From the NCBI GenBank assembly GCA_049523135.1, contig JBEKNE010000001.1, forward strand, positions 18,095 to 82,094: a DNA stretch of 64,000 nucleotides, in the 5' to 3' direction. Positions within the stretch are counted from its first letter, which is position 1, and each line of letters begins with the position of its first letter. This document shows positions 29,425-40,418 of the stretch, one piece after another. The notes beneath the pieces are model-generated. The model saw nothing but the letters and a program-made list of their open reading frames with translations. It ran no database searches and was not told where the DNA came from. Made by a program: the position numbers and the translations under genes. The DNA is from Candidatus Microgenomates bacterium. GTDB lineage: Bacteria; Patescibacteriota; Microgenomatia; UBA8517.

Positions 29425-31797
29425 ATGGGGAAATCTCTCAAACGTATTCTCGCGATAATCGGAAAACCATTCTATTTTCTCCTGTCTCATCTATTAATCG
29501 GTCTTATTGCAATTTCGATTGTAATTAATAAACCCGCCAAAAAAAACAAAAAGAACAAAAAACAAAAAACAAAAATTATCTACAAAAAGGGGTGGGCTCC
29601 GGAGTTAAAACTTCCAAAAATATCTTTCCCTAAAATAAAACTGCCGAAAGTGAGTCCGATACTGAAACTTGAGGAGCTGAAAATAGATCTTTTCGAATTA
29701 AAGATCTGGACCAGAATCAAAAATTCTTTCAAAAAAGCCATTAAATTTATTGCGGACCGCAAATTAAAACACAAAATAAGATTTATTTTAATTACTTTTT
29801 TTGGGTTAGCACTGGTTCTTACTTTTTACTTTTCGATTTTAAAAGGACTACCTTCCCCTAAAGAACTCGAGGTTAGACAACCGGATGTTTCTACCAAAAT
29901 TTATGATAGGAACGGTAACTTACTATATAAAATATATAAAAACCAGAACAGGACTATCGTACCTCTGGATAAAATTCCTACCGATGTCAGGCTTGCGACA
30001 CTCGCTGCCGAAGATGCGGAATTCTATTCAAACCCCGGTTTTTCGGTCAGGGGAATGTTCAGAGCCTCCATTCAGGATATAGAAACAGGATCTCTGCAGG
30101 GAGGTTCAACCATTACTCAGCAACTGGTTAAAAATACTTTACTTTCGCCGGAAAAAACCATAACCAGAAAAATAAAAGAGATAATTTTGTCTGTAGAGGT
30201 CGAGGCGGTTTATACGAAAGATCAAATACTTGAAATGTATCTTAATCAGGTAAGCTACGGGGGAACCGCTTACGGGGTTCAGGAGGCTTCAGAACTTTAC
30301 TTCGGAAAAAATGTTGAAGACCTTGATTTGGCTGAGGCCGCACTTTTGGCGGGACTTCCCAAAAGCCCGACAACTTATTCCCCATTCGGATCAAACCCCG
30401 ATTTGGCTATCCAAAGACAAAGAGAAGTTCTTCATTTAATGGTTGTAAATAAGTTTATCTCCGAATCTCAGGCGGAAGCGGCAGAGCAGGAAAAATTAAC
30501 TTTCATACCCAATAAAACCGCAATTGAAGCCCCCCATTTTGTAATGTATATCAGGCAGCTTTTAGTTGATAAATACGGCGAAGATATGGTTGAAAAAGGA
30601 GGCCTGGAGGTTACAACCAGTCTTGACCTTTCAATACAAAAAACCGCCGAAGAAGTTGTCCAAAGTGAGGTTGATAAACTTAAAGGCTTAAAGGTCGGCA
30701 ATGGTGCGGCTTTGGTTCTTAACCCGCAAACCGGTGAGATTCTGGCGATGGTCGGGTCAAAAGACTATTTCGATTTGGCTGATGACGGAAATGTAAATGT
30801 AACAACCAGCCTCAGACAACCGGGAAGTTCAATTAAAGTTGTTAATTATGCTTACGCACTGGCTAATGGTTACACTCCTGCAAGTATAATTGATGATTCA
30901 CCAATTACTTTTTCCATGCCGGGCACTACCCCTTACTTCCCCGTCAACTATGACGGAAAATATGTAGGACAGATAAGTTTAAGAAACGCACTTGCCCAAA
31001 GCCGAAACATTCCTGCAGTTAAAGTTCTTGCCTCTTACGGTGTAAGCCACATGATTACCGAAGGACAAAAAATGGGAATAACAACGTGGGGGGATCCTTC
31101 AAACTACGGTTTATCGCTAACTCTCGGAGGAGGTGCTGTAACAGCACTGGACTTATCCAGGGTTTATTCAACAGTTGCTGACTATGGCAAACGTCCGGAT
31201 TTACTACCGATACTTGAGGTAAAAGATTACAAAGGCAAAGTTCTGGAAAAAGATACTCCTACAACAACTCAGGCTATTGACCCAAGAATTGCATTTCTTC
31301 TGACAGATATTTTAAAAGATAATAATGCCAGAGCACCCGAATTCGGATATAATTCCTATCTTGTTATAAAAAATCATCCTGAGATTGCCGTTAAAACAGG
31401 AACCAGCAACGACCTGAGGGATAACTGGACTGTCGGATACAATCAAAACTATCTGGTTCTAACTTGGGTTGGAAATAATGACAATTCTCCTATGAGCTAT
31501 GTTGCCTCCGGAGTTACGGGTGCCTCCCCTATTTGGAATAAAATAATGTCGGCGATTCTTTTAAACCAATCTTCAATTGACTGGAAAGTTCCGGACGGGG
31601 TCAGTAAGGTAAATATTTGTTCACTCACAGGGACTCTTCCTTGTGATTCCTGTCCGACACGTCAGGAGTGGTTCTTGGACGAAAACCGTCCTTCAAAATC
31701 CTGCACACCCGACCAAATCCAGCAAATAACAAATCCATCACCAACCCCGGGAGAAAGTATTCTGGAAAACGGAGCCAGCACTCAAATTAAGCACTAA
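29425..31797 (+). CDS. class A penicillin-binding protein (PBP1A family), tandem paralog
   Basis: AED.EF, GGSTITQQLVKN, GSSIK, SRN, KTGT. Confidence 0.95.
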   Translation: MGKSLKRILAIIGKPFYFLLSHLLIGLIAISIVINKPAKKNKKNKKQKTKIIYKKGWAPELKLPKISFPKIKLPKVSPILKLEELKIDLFELKIWTRIKNSFKKAIKFIADRKLKHKIRFILITFFGLALVLTFYFSILKGLPSPKELEVRQPDVSTKIYDRNGNLLYKIYKNQNRTIVPLDKIPTDVRLATLAAEDAEFYSNPGFSVRGMFRASIQDIETGSLQGGSTITQQLVKNTLLSPEKTITRKIKEIILSVEVEAVYTKDQILEMYLNQVSYGGTAYGVQEASELYFGKNVEDLDLAEAALLAGLPKSPTTYSPFGSNPDLAIQRQREVLHLMVVNKFISESQAEAAEQEKLTFIPNKTAIEAPHFVMYIRQLLVDKYGEDMVEKGGLEVTTSLDLSIQKTAEEVVQSEVDKLKGLKVGNGAALVLNPQTGEILAMVGSKDYFDLADDGNVNVTTSLRQPGSSIKVVNYAYALANGYTPASIIDDSPITFSMPGTTPYFPVNYDGKYVGQISLRNALAQSRNIPAVKVLASYGVSHMITEGQKMGITTWGDPSNYGLSLTLGGGAVTALDLSRVYSTVADYGKRPDLLPILEVKDYKGKVLEKDTPTTTQAIDPRIAFLLTDILKDNNARAPEFGYNSYLVIKNHPEIAVKTGTSNDLRDNWTVGYNQNYLVLTWVGNNDNSPMSYVASGVTGASPIWNKIMSAILLNQSSIDWKVPDGVSKVNICSLTGTLPCDSCPTRQEWFLDENRPSKSCTPDQIQQITNPSPTPGESILENGASTQIKH

Positions 31798-32452
31798 GTT
31801 CCTTGAAAAGAAGGTAGGAAGGAAGTATGAAAAGTCCGCCCAAAACTACATTGATGACAGATCCAACACCATAAGGAATAATACTCAGGATAACTTCGCA
31901 AACTACCGCAAATACTCCAAAAACAACCAGTCTTCCGAAAATCCTCCAGTAATTTCCTTTTACGAGTTCCTTACTCTCCAAAAATGATTCCTTAATTCCT
32001 GTCCCTTTCTCAATCATAATAAACCTGCTAAAAGCAAACCAGACAACAAATAAGACTCCTGGTACAATCAGTAAAACAAATCCCAACAAGTAGGCCAATG
32101 CCAGAACTATGTTCAGAAGCAAAAAGATCCAATATTTTTTCCATGCGGAGGCAAAAGTTTCCTTTACGGAAAATTTATCACCTTTGATAACTTGACCAAA
32201 GGCAATTATTACGGCTGCTGTGACAAAAACGGTAACTAATAAATAAACTGCTTGTATAAACCACATGCCTCCGGTTAACCAAATTGAACCGGAGCTTCTG
32301 ATAGAACCAGGCAAATAATTTTCGGCTATGGATAATATAGAAAAGAAAACTAAAGGAATATATAGCTCTGCCAGCAAAACAAAATTTTTCTTCTTTGAAT
32401 AAATATCTATGGATTTTTTAATTAAATCGATAGGAGAAGAAAGTTTTTTCAT
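31787..32452 (-). CDS. integral membrane protein
   Basis: Multi-TM with GFVLLIVPGV...ES.ELVKGNYWRIF pattern. Confidence 0.75.
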   Translation of the reverse strand: MKKLSSPIDLIKKSIDIYSKKKNFVLLAELYIPLVFFSILSIAENYLPGSIRSSGSIWLTGGMWFIQAVYLLVTVFVTAAVIIAFGQVIKGDKFSVKETFASAWKKYWIFLLLNIVLALAYLLGFVLLIVPGVLFVVWFAFSRFIMIEKGTGIKESFLESKELVKGNYWRIFGRLVVFGVFAVVCEVILSIIPYGVGSVINVVLGGLFILPSYLLFKELSA

Positions 32453-32751
32453 TGATTTTTTCTAATTACTATTGTTTGCTCTCTAAAAATATTCAACGAA
32501 TTTAGATTAAACCTTGGCAAAGACAAATGCAATTTAGTACCGCCGGTTACGCTAAATCCGAGTATAGCGGAAATAATAACAGTGGCAAGTAGTACCACGA
32601 GGACTATAATTCTTTCCCTTTTGCCCCAAGGTTTTTGAGGTTCTTTTCTCTTTTTTTTATTTTCAGGTCTAAGATCTCTAAATTTTTTTGTAAGTGCCGC
32701 ACCATCTTCATCTTCGTACTCTTCTTCTTTGTTTGCCCCGAATATTGCCAT
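32449..32751 (-). CDS. hypothetical single-TM protein
   Basis: ORF in operon, one TM. Confidence 0.65.
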   Translation of the reverse strand: MAIFGANKEEEYEDEDGAALTKKFRDLRPENKKKRKEPQKPWGKRERIIVLVVLLATVIISAILGFSVTGGTKLHLSLPRFNLNSLNIFREQTIVIRKNQ

Positions 32752-32760
32752 AGGAAGTTA

Positions 32761-33747
32761 TTACTTTCTGCGTGTATCCCACACTTTTTCGTCAACCATA
32801 TTTTGAGGTTTAGTGCCGGAAAATGTATCCAGAATTGCGGCAACTGCCTGTTCCCCCATCTTCAGCCTAGCTTCCCATGTGGCACTGGCAATATGGGGCG
32901 TTGTTATTACCCGCTGATTATCTATAAGTTCCGGAGAGATATCGGGTTCGTTGTCAAAAACGTCCAGTGCCGCTCCCGCAAGCTGGGCACTCGCCAGGGC
33001 ATCCACCAAATCCCTTTCATTAACCACCTGACCTCTTGCTGTATTAACCAGGAAAGATCCCCTCTTCATTTTGGCAAATGTATCCTTATTTATCATATGC
33101 CTTGTATCGGGTGTCAGAGGAACATGCAAAGTCACGAAATCACTTGCACCCAAAAGTTCATCCAACGAAGCAAATTTCACCCCAAGCTCACGTTCGGCAT
33201 CGGGATCCGGAGTGTGTTTATTATAAAGAACATTCATTTTATAACCTATCGCACGCCGGGCAACCATTGAACCGATTCTGCCCATTCCAATTATTCCCAA
33301 AGTTTTGCCTATTACATTTATACCCAGGAAAATATCCGGTTCCCAACCTTTGTAGGCTCCCTTCCGGGTTGCTTCATCCGCTTCAACAATTCTCCTGGCA
33401 AGAGCCAAAATTAGCGCCCAAGTGTGCTCCGCCACGGCTTCGTTGACTTCATCCGACGGAGTATTTGTTACGATTATTCCCCTCTTTGTAGCCGCACTTG
33501 TATCAACATTGTCAAAACCTACAGCATAATTGCTTATTATTTTAAGTTGAGGTCCGGCCGCATCCATTACATCTCCGTCAATTTTATCCGTAAGAAGACT
33601 CAAAACTGCGTCCACCCCTTTAATTCCATTTAAAAGTTCTTCGGGTGTTAGCGGTCTACCAAATTCAGAAATAACAACTTCATTTCCGTTAACTTTTAAC
33701 TTTTCAAGAGAGTCTCCAGGGATTTGGCGGGTAACAAAAATTTTCAT
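32761..33747 (-). CDS. D-2-hydroxyacid dehydrogenase (glyoxylate reductase/D-glycerate DH)
   Basis: AVGFDNVD, GMGRIG, VNTARG, LDVFDNEP, TPHIASA. Confidence 0.92.
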   Translation of the reverse strand: MKIFVTRQIPGDSLEKLKVNGNEVVISEFGRPLTPEELLNGIKGVDAVLSLLTDKIDGDVMDAAGPQLKIISNYAVGFDNVDTSAATKRGIIVTNTPSDEVNEAVAEHTWALILALARRIVEADEATRKGAYKGWEPDIFLGINVIGKTLGIIGMGRIGSMVARRAIGYKMNVLYNKHTPDPDAERELGVKFASLDELLGASDFVTLHVPLTPDTRHMINKDTFAKMKRGSFLVNTARGQVVNERDLVDALASAQLAGAALDVFDNEPDISPELIDNQRVITTPHIASATWEARLKMGEQAVAAILDTFSGTKPQNMVDEKVWDTRRK

Positions 33748-33763
33748 TCTATTATTGTATTAA

Positions 33764-34762
33764 TTAAAATTGTACTACATTTACTCCGCTACTTTTACAT
33801 CTTGTGAGCCATGCATCCATTTCATTTTCTTTTAAAAGTCCTTTTTGACTTCCTGTATAACCGATAACTGACGCTGAATTACATGTTCCCCAAAGAAGAG
33901 CTTCATCCAATGATTTTCCGTGGATTAGCGCTGAAAGTGCTCCGCTTCCAAACGCATCCCCCGCCCCTGTTCTTTCATACGCATCAACCGGAAGGACCCC
34001 AACTTTGAAAAACTTGCCATTAATCGAATCGTAGGCAAACGCACCTGCTTCTCCATCGGTAATTACACAAACCTTCGGCCCGAGTTTATTCAGAGCTATT
34101 AAAAGATCCCGTTCACGATTTCCTGATTCTCCAAAATTTGTTAGTTTTTCCGCTTCCTCACGATTTACGAAAATTAAATAGGAAAGACTCATAACATCCT
34201 GAATATCTTTATATTCTGCACGAAGTTGCCAGCTACCCGGATTAAATGCAAGTTTTACAGTCGGATTTATCTTGAGCCAATCAACCATGTGGTTGTAAAA
34301 CGGCCTGAAGCTCTCTCCCATACTTGTCAAATATACCCAAGGGGCAACAGGAAGTTTGACGGGAAATTCATAACTTCTGGGGGCATGATAAACAAAAATC
34401 GTACGTTCACCTGAATAATTTATAATTGTTGAATAATTTGATGAAGTTCCCGGCTGTTGAATAACAAAAGTTGTATCAACGGCTTCATCTTTCAGTCTTT
34501 TTACAACCATATCTCCGACATTATCATCCCCCAAGGTTAAAACTATTCCGGCTGCCACTCCCAATCTTTTTAATCCAACCGCATTATTGGCGGCATTTCC
34601 ACCGATGGAAAACTCCAGATTTTTAACCGGGATTTTGTCACCGTAATTGAAGGCGATCAAACACTCTTTTTTGTCAATCGTGCAAAGCGTTTCACTTTCC
34701 ATTGGAGTCATAAAGACGTCAATCGTTCCGTCACCTATTGATAGTAAATCAAAGTTTTCCAT
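33764..34762 (-). CDS. PfkB family carbohydrate kinase
   Basis: GGNAANNA, NREEA, TGAGDAFGSG. Confidence 0.9.
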   Translation of the reverse strand: MENFDLLSIGDGTIDVFMTPMESETLCTIDKKECLIAFNYGDKIPVKNLEFSIGGNAANNAVGLKRLGVAAGIVLTLGDDNVGDMVVKRLKDEAVDTTFVIQQPGTSSNYSTIINYSGERTIFVYHAPRSYEFPVKLPVAPWVYLTSMGESFRPFYNHMVDWLKINPTVKLAFNPGSWQLRAEYKDIQDVMSLSYLIFVNREEAEKLTNFGESGNRERDLLIALNKLGPKVCVITDGEAGAFAYDSINGKFFKVGVLPVDAYERTGAGDAFGSGALSALIHGKSLDEALLWGTCNSASVIGYTGSQKGLLKENEMDAWLTRCKSSGVNVVQF

Positions 34763-35729
34763 TTCGTGCCTGAGAAACCCTTTCTAACCGACTTAAGAAG
34801 GCTTGTTGAGCAACTCGGACATTCTCATCTTTTCCATCCCATTCGGCCATTGCTTCTTCCTGAAGAGCCCTTGCAAAAGAAAATGAAAGTTGCCACGGTG
34901 CATCATCTTTTAATTTCACTATTTCATTTAGATTTTTAGTTGCTTCATCGGGGGTTTGACCACCGGAAAGAAAAACTATCCCGGGGACATCTGCCGGAAC
35001 TGAAGTCTTTAAAGTTCTTAGTGTTGCGTGGGCAACTTCTAAGGGTTCTGCTTTAACCCCGCTTTCTTTACCGGGCAAAACCATGCTTGTTTTTAAAAGC
35101 AGTTTAGTTAAATCGACCTCTCTCGATTTTAATTTATCAAACAAAAGTTTAAGAACTTTCATTTCGATTTCAGCACAGCGTGTGGTTGTATGGTTACCGT
35201 CAAGTAAAATTTCGGGCTCAACTATCGGAATGAAACCATTTTCCTGAGAAATTTTGGCAAACTCCGTTATTCTTCCTAAATCTTCTTCCAAAAAAGCATC
35301 TGTCGGAAAAATGTCCGAAATTTTAATTGCGGCTCTCCATTTAGTAAACTTTAGACCCATTTTGAAATATTCTTTTAATCTATCGCCCAAACCTTCAAGA
35401 CCCTTTGTTATCTGCTCCTCGCCACCATTAAAGGGTTCAAGTCCCCCATCTACCTTAATGCCGGGAATAATTCCTTTTTGAGTTAGGAAGGCGGGGAAAG
35501 AAACTCCATCATCTGTCTTTTGCCTTGTCGTCTCATCAAACAAAATTATTCCGCTCAAAAATTGTTCTATTCCGGGAGTAGTAAAAAACATTTGTCTGTA
35601 TTTACGGTTCAGTTCGGGAGTTGAAGTTAAACCGATTGACTCAAACCTTTTTTCAATCGTGTGAGTGCTCTCATCCGCGGCTAAAAGTCCTTTTCCGGGA
35701 GCAAGAATTTTATTAATTAAATCTTCCAT
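34749..35729 (-). CDS. class I fructose-bisphosphate aldolase
   Basis: GKGLLAADES, GIKVD, KWR, PIVEPE, FLSGGQ, FSFARALQ. Confidence 0.95.
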   Translation of the reverse strand: MEDLINKILAPGKGLLAADESTHTIEKRFESIGLTSTPELNRKYRQMFFTTPGIEQFLSGIILFDETTRQKTDDGVSFPAFLTQKGIIPGIKVDGGLEPFNGGEEQITKGLEGLGDRLKEYFKMGLKFTKWRAAIKISDIFPTDAFLEEDLGRITEFAKISQENGFIPIVEPEILLDGNHTTTRCAEIEMKVLKLLFDKLKSREVDLTKLLLKTSMVLPGKESGVKAEPLEVAHATLRTLKTSVPADVPGIVFLSGGQTPDEATKNLNEIVKLKDDAPWQLSFSFARALQEEAMAEWDGKDENVRVAQQAFLSRLERVSQARNGKL

Positions 35730-35766
35730 GGCAGTATTCGATCCTATTAGTGTACAATATTTCTAT

Positions 35767-36126
35767 ATGAACCCCCAAGAACCAAAAAACAGCTGGATTA
35801 CAATTTTGAGCGTGGCCATTTTTATTTTGATGGCTTTGGGAATTGTTGCCTATCTTTATTATCAAAACCAAGCGCTTAAAAGTTTATTGAGTAAATACGA
35901 GTCTATTCCAACAGCAACTCCAATTGTTATTTCTGTCACTCCGTCCCCGGTTGCTACAACTTCAGCTTCACCAAAAAGTAAAAGCATAAGTAAATATACT
36001 TGTCCGGCAAGTGGTTATGTAGACTGCATGCCAAGCGGTAATGGGTCAACTAACCCAAATTGTTCAGCTGAAGCAATGGGCTGGTATAAAACAAACTGTC
36101 CCAACTTCCAAGGTGGAGCTTATTGA
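35767..36126 (+). CDS. membrane-anchored protein with Pro/Thr linker and Cys-rich tail
   Basis: TM helix, TATP/VTPSP linker, CP..GYVDCMP...C...CP. Confidence 0.7.
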   Translation: MNPQEPKNSWITILSVAIFILMALGIVAYLYYQNQALKSLLSKYESIPTATPIVISVTPSPVATTSASPKSKSISKYTCPASGYVDCMPSGNGSTNPNCSAEAMGWYKTNCPNFQGGAY

Positions 36127-37061
36127 TTTTTCCGAAGAATTAATTTCTTCACGGCCTCAATAATATTCTCTTTAGTTAATCCAAATTTTTTCCAGAGTTC
36201 CTGATAAGTTTTGGCTGATTCGCCAAATTGATCACAAACTCCCACAAATTCCATTGGTACTTGGTGCCCCTGAACTACTACTTCGGCCACCGTACTCCCC
36301 AATCCTCCCATTATTTGATGCTCTTCAACTGTAACTATGCTTCCACAAATTCTGGCCGCGTTTGTAATTGCAATATCATCAATCGGCTTAATTGTATGGC
36401 AGTTAATCACCATTGTTTCTATTCCAATATTCGATAGCTCTTCAGCCGCCGACAAAGCTTCGGAAAGAATCGGGCCACAACCGATTATTGCAACCTGAGG
36501 ATCTTTTCCTTCTCTCAAAGTAATTGCCTTGCCGATTTCAAAACTGCCTTTTGAAAAAACCTCAGAATCCTGTCTGGCAAGCCGCAAGTAGCTTGGTTTC
36601 CCATTGTCTGCAATAGCAAATGTAGCTTTTTTAGCCTCCTCATAATCTGCAGGAGATTCAACAACCATGTTTGGAATCGAACGCATAAGCGCAATATCCT
36701 CCAAACTTTCGTGAGTTGCTCCGTACATTGAAGCTCCAAATCCCGCATGAGCTCCAACAATTTTTACGGGAATATTATTAAGAGCAGCTGTAACTTTAAT
36801 TTGTTCAAAAGTTCTTCCCGGAGAAAAAACCGCATAAGAAGTTGTAAAAGGAATCTTTCCGGCTTCAGCCATCCCCGCTGCAACTGTAACAAGTCCTTGT
36901 TCGGCTACTCCAACTTGGAAAAATCTGTCCGGAAACTTTTCGGCAAAGCCGGAAACTCTGGTCGAATCGGCCAAATCAGCCGTTAAAACAACTACATCCG
37001 GGTTTTTCTCCCCCAGTTCAACTAAAGCTTCTCCAAATCCGTCGCGCATTGATTTCATCAT
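36120..37061 (-). CDS. transketolase, C-terminal subunit
   Basis: VGVAEQ, GATHESLED, YLRL, VEEH..GGLG. Confidence 0.94.
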   Translation of the reverse strand: MMKSMRDGFGEALVELGEKNPDVVVLTADLADSTRVSGFAEKFPDRFFQVGVAEQGLVTVAAGMAEAGKIPFTTSYAVFSPGRTFEQIKVTAALNNIPVKIVGAHAGFGASMYGATHESLEDIALMRSIPNMVVESPADYEEAKKATFAIADNGKPSYLRLARQDSEVFSKGSFEIGKAITLREGKDPQVAIIGCGPILSEALSAAEELSNIGIETMVINCHTIKPIDDIAITNAARICGSIVTVEEHQIMGGLGSTVAEVVVQGHQVPMEFVGVCDQFGESAKTYQELWKKFGLTKENIIEAVKKLILRKNQ

Positions 37062-37828
37062 TTAAGTTCCTCCATAGCCTTCTTAAATTCTTCTTTGTTC
37101 GGAGCTTTTGCATGCCAATCAGGATTTCCTTCCATAAAACTTACACCCTTTCCAAAAACTGTCTTTGCAAGAATTACTGTCGGTTTTTCTTTACTTTCTT
37201 TGGCTTTGGCAACAGCATCAAATATTTGATTGAAATCGTGTCCATTTATTTCAAGGGCGTTCCAGTCGGAAGCCAAATATTTTCCTTTCAAGTTTCCTAA
37301 AGGCATAATTTCCTCCGTAGTTCCTTCAATTTGAATTCCGTTTTTATCAACTATTTGAATTAAATTTGAAAGTTTATATTTCGCAGCAAAATTAACAGCT
37401 TCCCAATGATTGCCTTCATCGTGCTCCGCATCGGAAGTCTCGCAGTAAATAAATGAATCCTTTTTGATAGCCGCAAAGCCAGCAGCTTGCGCCAACCCTA
37501 AACCAAGGGGACCTGAAGTGTTTTCAATTCCTTTTAACCTTGTTCTTTCCGGATGCCCCTGAAGAACCGAACCGAGTTCGGTATAGGTTGAAAGTAATTT
37601 TTTATCTATCAATCCTTTCTCAGCCATTACCGAGTAAAGAGCCGGACAAATGTGCCCGTTTGATAGGAAAAAATGATCTTTTTCTCCCAGAATTCCAAAA
37701 TAAAGTGCCACCAGAACTTCGACGGAACTGAGAGACCCGCCGGGGTGCCCGTTTCCGGCTTTATAAATCATCTCAACTATGTCTCGCCTTACTTCTTTTG
37801 AAACCGATTCCAACTTTTTTATATCCAT
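37058..37828 (-). CDS. transketolase, N-terminal subunit
   Basis: GHPGGSLS, LSNGH, LQGHP, GPLGLGL, GKGVSFME..WH. Confidence 0.94.
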   Translation of the reverse strand: MDIKKLESVSKEVRRDIVEMIYKAGNGHPGGSLSSVEVLVALYFGILGEKDHFFLSNGHICPALYSVMAEKGLIDKKLLSTYTELGSVLQGHPERTRLKGIENTSGPLGLGLAQAAGFAAIKKDSFIYCETSDAEHDEGNHWEAVNFAAKYKLSNLIQIVDKNGIQIEGTTEEIMPLGNLKGKYLASDWNALEINGHDFNQIFDAVAKAKESKEKPTVILAKTVFGKGVSFMEGNPDWHAKAPNKEEFKKAMEELK

Positions 37829-37837
37829 TTGGAGAAA

Positions 37838-38479
37838 CTAAATTTTAAAAGCTCCGTCCATTGTTCCGTGTCTGTCTGCAGAGTGATCTCTTTGGGTAAT
37901 TTTACCCTCAAACCTGTCAATTGCTTTCAAAACTTCTTCTTTCGTAGAACAAATCTCAAAAACACTCATTTCAGTGCTGTCGATATTCATATTTTTCCTT
38001 AATGTATCCAATATTTCTGCCCAGAAGAGGCCGTAAAGAATAATTGGCTTATGATGTCCGTAGTAAAGTTTAGCAAGTACCCATGCGGTTCCGAATTCGG
38101 AAACTGTACCACTTCCTCCTTTGAAAATTATAAAAATATCCCCGTATTCCAGAAGTTTAAACATACGCTCAATATAATTCGTGGTAACAACTTCAGTATC
38201 AGTTACATTTTTAATGTAGCGCCCTTCATATCCCACAGCTCCAACAGGATCAAAAGTAATGGAAACCGTCTTTCCGCCACCCTTAACTGCCCCACTTGTC
38301 GCCGCCTGCATAACGCCTGGTCCCCCTCCGTCAACTATTACATAACCTTCCTTTGCCAATGCTTCCGCAACATCAAAAGCCTGAACGTAAGTTTCGTCTG
38401 TTTCAGAAATATTAGCATCGCCAAAAAAGGCGATATTCTTAATGTATTTTTTTTCGGAATATTTGTTTGTTTCCTCCAT
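37838..38479 (-). CDS. LOG/SLOG family protein
   Basis: GGGPGVMQA and GGSGTVSE motifs. Confidence 0.85.
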   Translation of the reverse strand: MEETNKYSEKKYIKNIAFFGDANISETDETYVQAFDVAEALAKEGYVIVDGGGPGVMQAATSGAVKGGGKTVSITFDPVGAVGYEGRYIKNVTDTEVVTTNYIERMFKLLEYGDIFIIFKGGSGTVSEFGTAWVLAKLYYGHHKPIILYGLFWAEILDTLRKNMNIDSTEMSVFEICSTKEEVLKAIDRFEGKITQRDHSADRHGTMDGAFKI

Positions 38480-39595
38480 TTAATGCTTGAATGATAACGA
38501 AATGGGATCCGTTGGAGCGACTCCCCCTTCCAAAGTTCTGCCAACACGTATTACCTGTTCAACAAGGCGATTTGCATATCCCCACTCATTGTCATACCAC
38601 GCAAAAACTTTGACCAAATTTCCCGCAACAACTTGCGTTAAAGGAAGATCAACTATCGCCGATTCGCTTCTACCAATGATATCGCTTGATACCAGATATC
38701 CCTCAGAAATGGCTAATATACCCTTATATATAGGGTTTTTAGATGCTTCAATAAATGCTTGGTTTACCTCATCTTTTGTGACATTTTTCTTAAGAAGAAA
38801 GGTAAAGTCCGTTATTGAACCTGTTGCCGTTGGGACTCTTAAACTCATTCCATCAAACAAATCTTTAAGGACTGGAATTGTTTCCGTTGTTGCAATTGCC
38901 GCTCCCGTAGTTGTCGGAATAATATTCATGGCAGCCGCTCTTGCCCGTCTTAAATCATGATTGGATCCGTCCTGAAGATTTTGATCATCCGTATAACTGT
39001 GAATCGTTGTCATCATAGCCTTTTCGATACCGAATTTCGAAAGCATTACGGCGGCAACCGGCGCCACACAATTGGTTGTACAACTTGCATTGGAAATGAC
39101 CATTCCCTGGAGTTTATCCCCTCCTTTCTCATTAACTCCTAAAACATATGTATTAACATTTCCTCCTTTACTTGGAGCCGAAATTACAACTTTTTTAGCT
39201 CCCCCAATGGCATGTTTTTTGGCCCCTTCTTCATCAACGAAATGCCCTGTTGATTCAATGACTACATCCACCCCATATTTTCCCCATGGAATTTTAGCGG
39301 GATCTTTCTGAGCAAGAACGGGAACTTTAATATTCCTTTCGGGAATAGAAAGGTAACCAATTAAAGGATCTTCATCTGTTGCCTCTTCGGGTTTCTTAAC
39401 CTCCTCCGCAATAATTTCGTAGTTAAACTTGCGGTACATCGTATCGTAATTTGTCAGGTGAACCCACCCGGATACCGGCATACTTCCCGAAGTATTTATC
39501 GCAGCAAATTCAATTTCATCTGAGTGTTTGAGAATTCCTATTCTAAAAGCAATTCTTCCTATTCTTCCGAAACCATTAATTCCAACTTTAATCAT
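38480..39595 (-). CDS. gap: type I glyceraldehyde-3-phosphate dehydrogenase
   Basis: GINGFGRIGR, SNASCTTNC, WYDNEWGY. Confidence 0.97.
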   Translation of the reverse strand: MIKVGINGFGRIGRIAFRIGILKHSDEIEFAAINTSGSMPVSGWVHLTNYDTMYRKFNYEIIAEEVKKPEEATDEDPLIGYLSIPERNIKVPVLAQKDPAKIPWGKYGVDVVIESTGHFVDEEGAKKHAIGGAKKVVISAPSKGGNVNTYVLGVNEKGGDKLQGMVISNASCTTNCVAPVAAVMLSKFGIEKAMMTTIHSYTDDQNLQDGSNHDLRRARAAAMNIIPTTTGAAIATTETIPVLKDLFDGMSLRVPTATGSITDFTFLLKKNVTKDEVNQAFIEASKNPIYKGILAISEGYLVSSDIIGRSESAIVDLPLTQVVAGNLVKVFAWYDNEWGYANRLVEQVIRVGRTLEGGVAPTDPISLSFKH

Positions 39596-39626
39596 GGCAG
39601 TATAGATACATTATATAATATAAACT

Positions 39627-40418
39627 ATGAAAGTTTCCTTAATAATTCCCGCCTACAACGAGGAAAAATATATCGGTAGATGTTTAAAATCCGTTAATAA
39701 TCAGGTAATTCCGGCTGATGAAGTGATTGTTGTCAACAACAACTCCATCGACAAAACCGCAGCGATTGCAAAAAAACTAGGAGCCAAGGTTATCAAAGAA
39801 AAGATGCAAGGCATGATTTATGCCAGAAACAGAGGATTTAATACCGCAAAATACGAAATAATAGCCAGGTGTGATGCCGATGCGATCGTTCCCCGAAATT
39901 GGATAAAAATAATCAAAAAAGATTTTGAAAATCCGAAAGTTGACGGTCTTTCGGGACCTGTCTATTTTTATGATTCTGAAATTCTAAAGTCAGCCAAGGT
40001 AACTCCGTCAAAAATTCTACAGAAATCTTTCAAAGCATTATCAAAAGGGCACGAACATATGGTTGGTCCGAATATGGCAATTACCAAAAAAATCTGGGAA
40101 AAAGTAAAAAACAAGGTATTTTTGGATGAATCAATCGTGCAAGAAGACAGTGATTTATCGCTCAATATAGCTTCTGTCGGAGGCTATATCGAACTTGATC
40201 CTAATCTCATTGTCGGTATTTCCGCCAGAAGAATTATTAAAAATCCAAAATCTTTCTTTCTGATATATCCGACCAAGGTTGTAAAAACTTTCTGGATAAA
40301 TAGAGAGAATTTAAAGAAGAGCTCTTATTCCGGGAAGATTCTTTTTAGAAAGAAATTCCAGCATGGCTCCTCCACCAACCGAAACCCAGTCAAACTTTTC
40401 TGGCAAATTAAGAAGTGA
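39627..40418 (+). CDS. glycosyltransferase family 2
   Basis: IIPAYNEE, ARNRGF, DAD, EDSDL. Confidence 0.9.
   Translation: MKVSLIIPAYNEEKYIGRCLKSVNNQVIPADEVIVVNNNSIDKTAAIAKKLGAKVIKEKMQGMIYARNRGFNTAKYEIIARCDADAIVPRNWIKIIKKDFENPKVDGLSGPVYFYDSEILKSAKVTPSKILQKSFKALSKGHEHMVGPNMAITKKIWEKVKNKVFLDESIVQEDSDLSLNIASVGGYIELDPNLIVGISARRIIKNPKSFFLIYPTKVVKTFWINRENLKKSSYSGKILFRKKFQHGSSTNRNPVKLFWQIKK

Noticed and set aside
27125-31797. Shared DNA stretches between the two PBP genes as a diversity-generating or recent repeat system
   Set aside because: Similarity is confined to conserved motifs of paralogs; no reverse transcriptase present.
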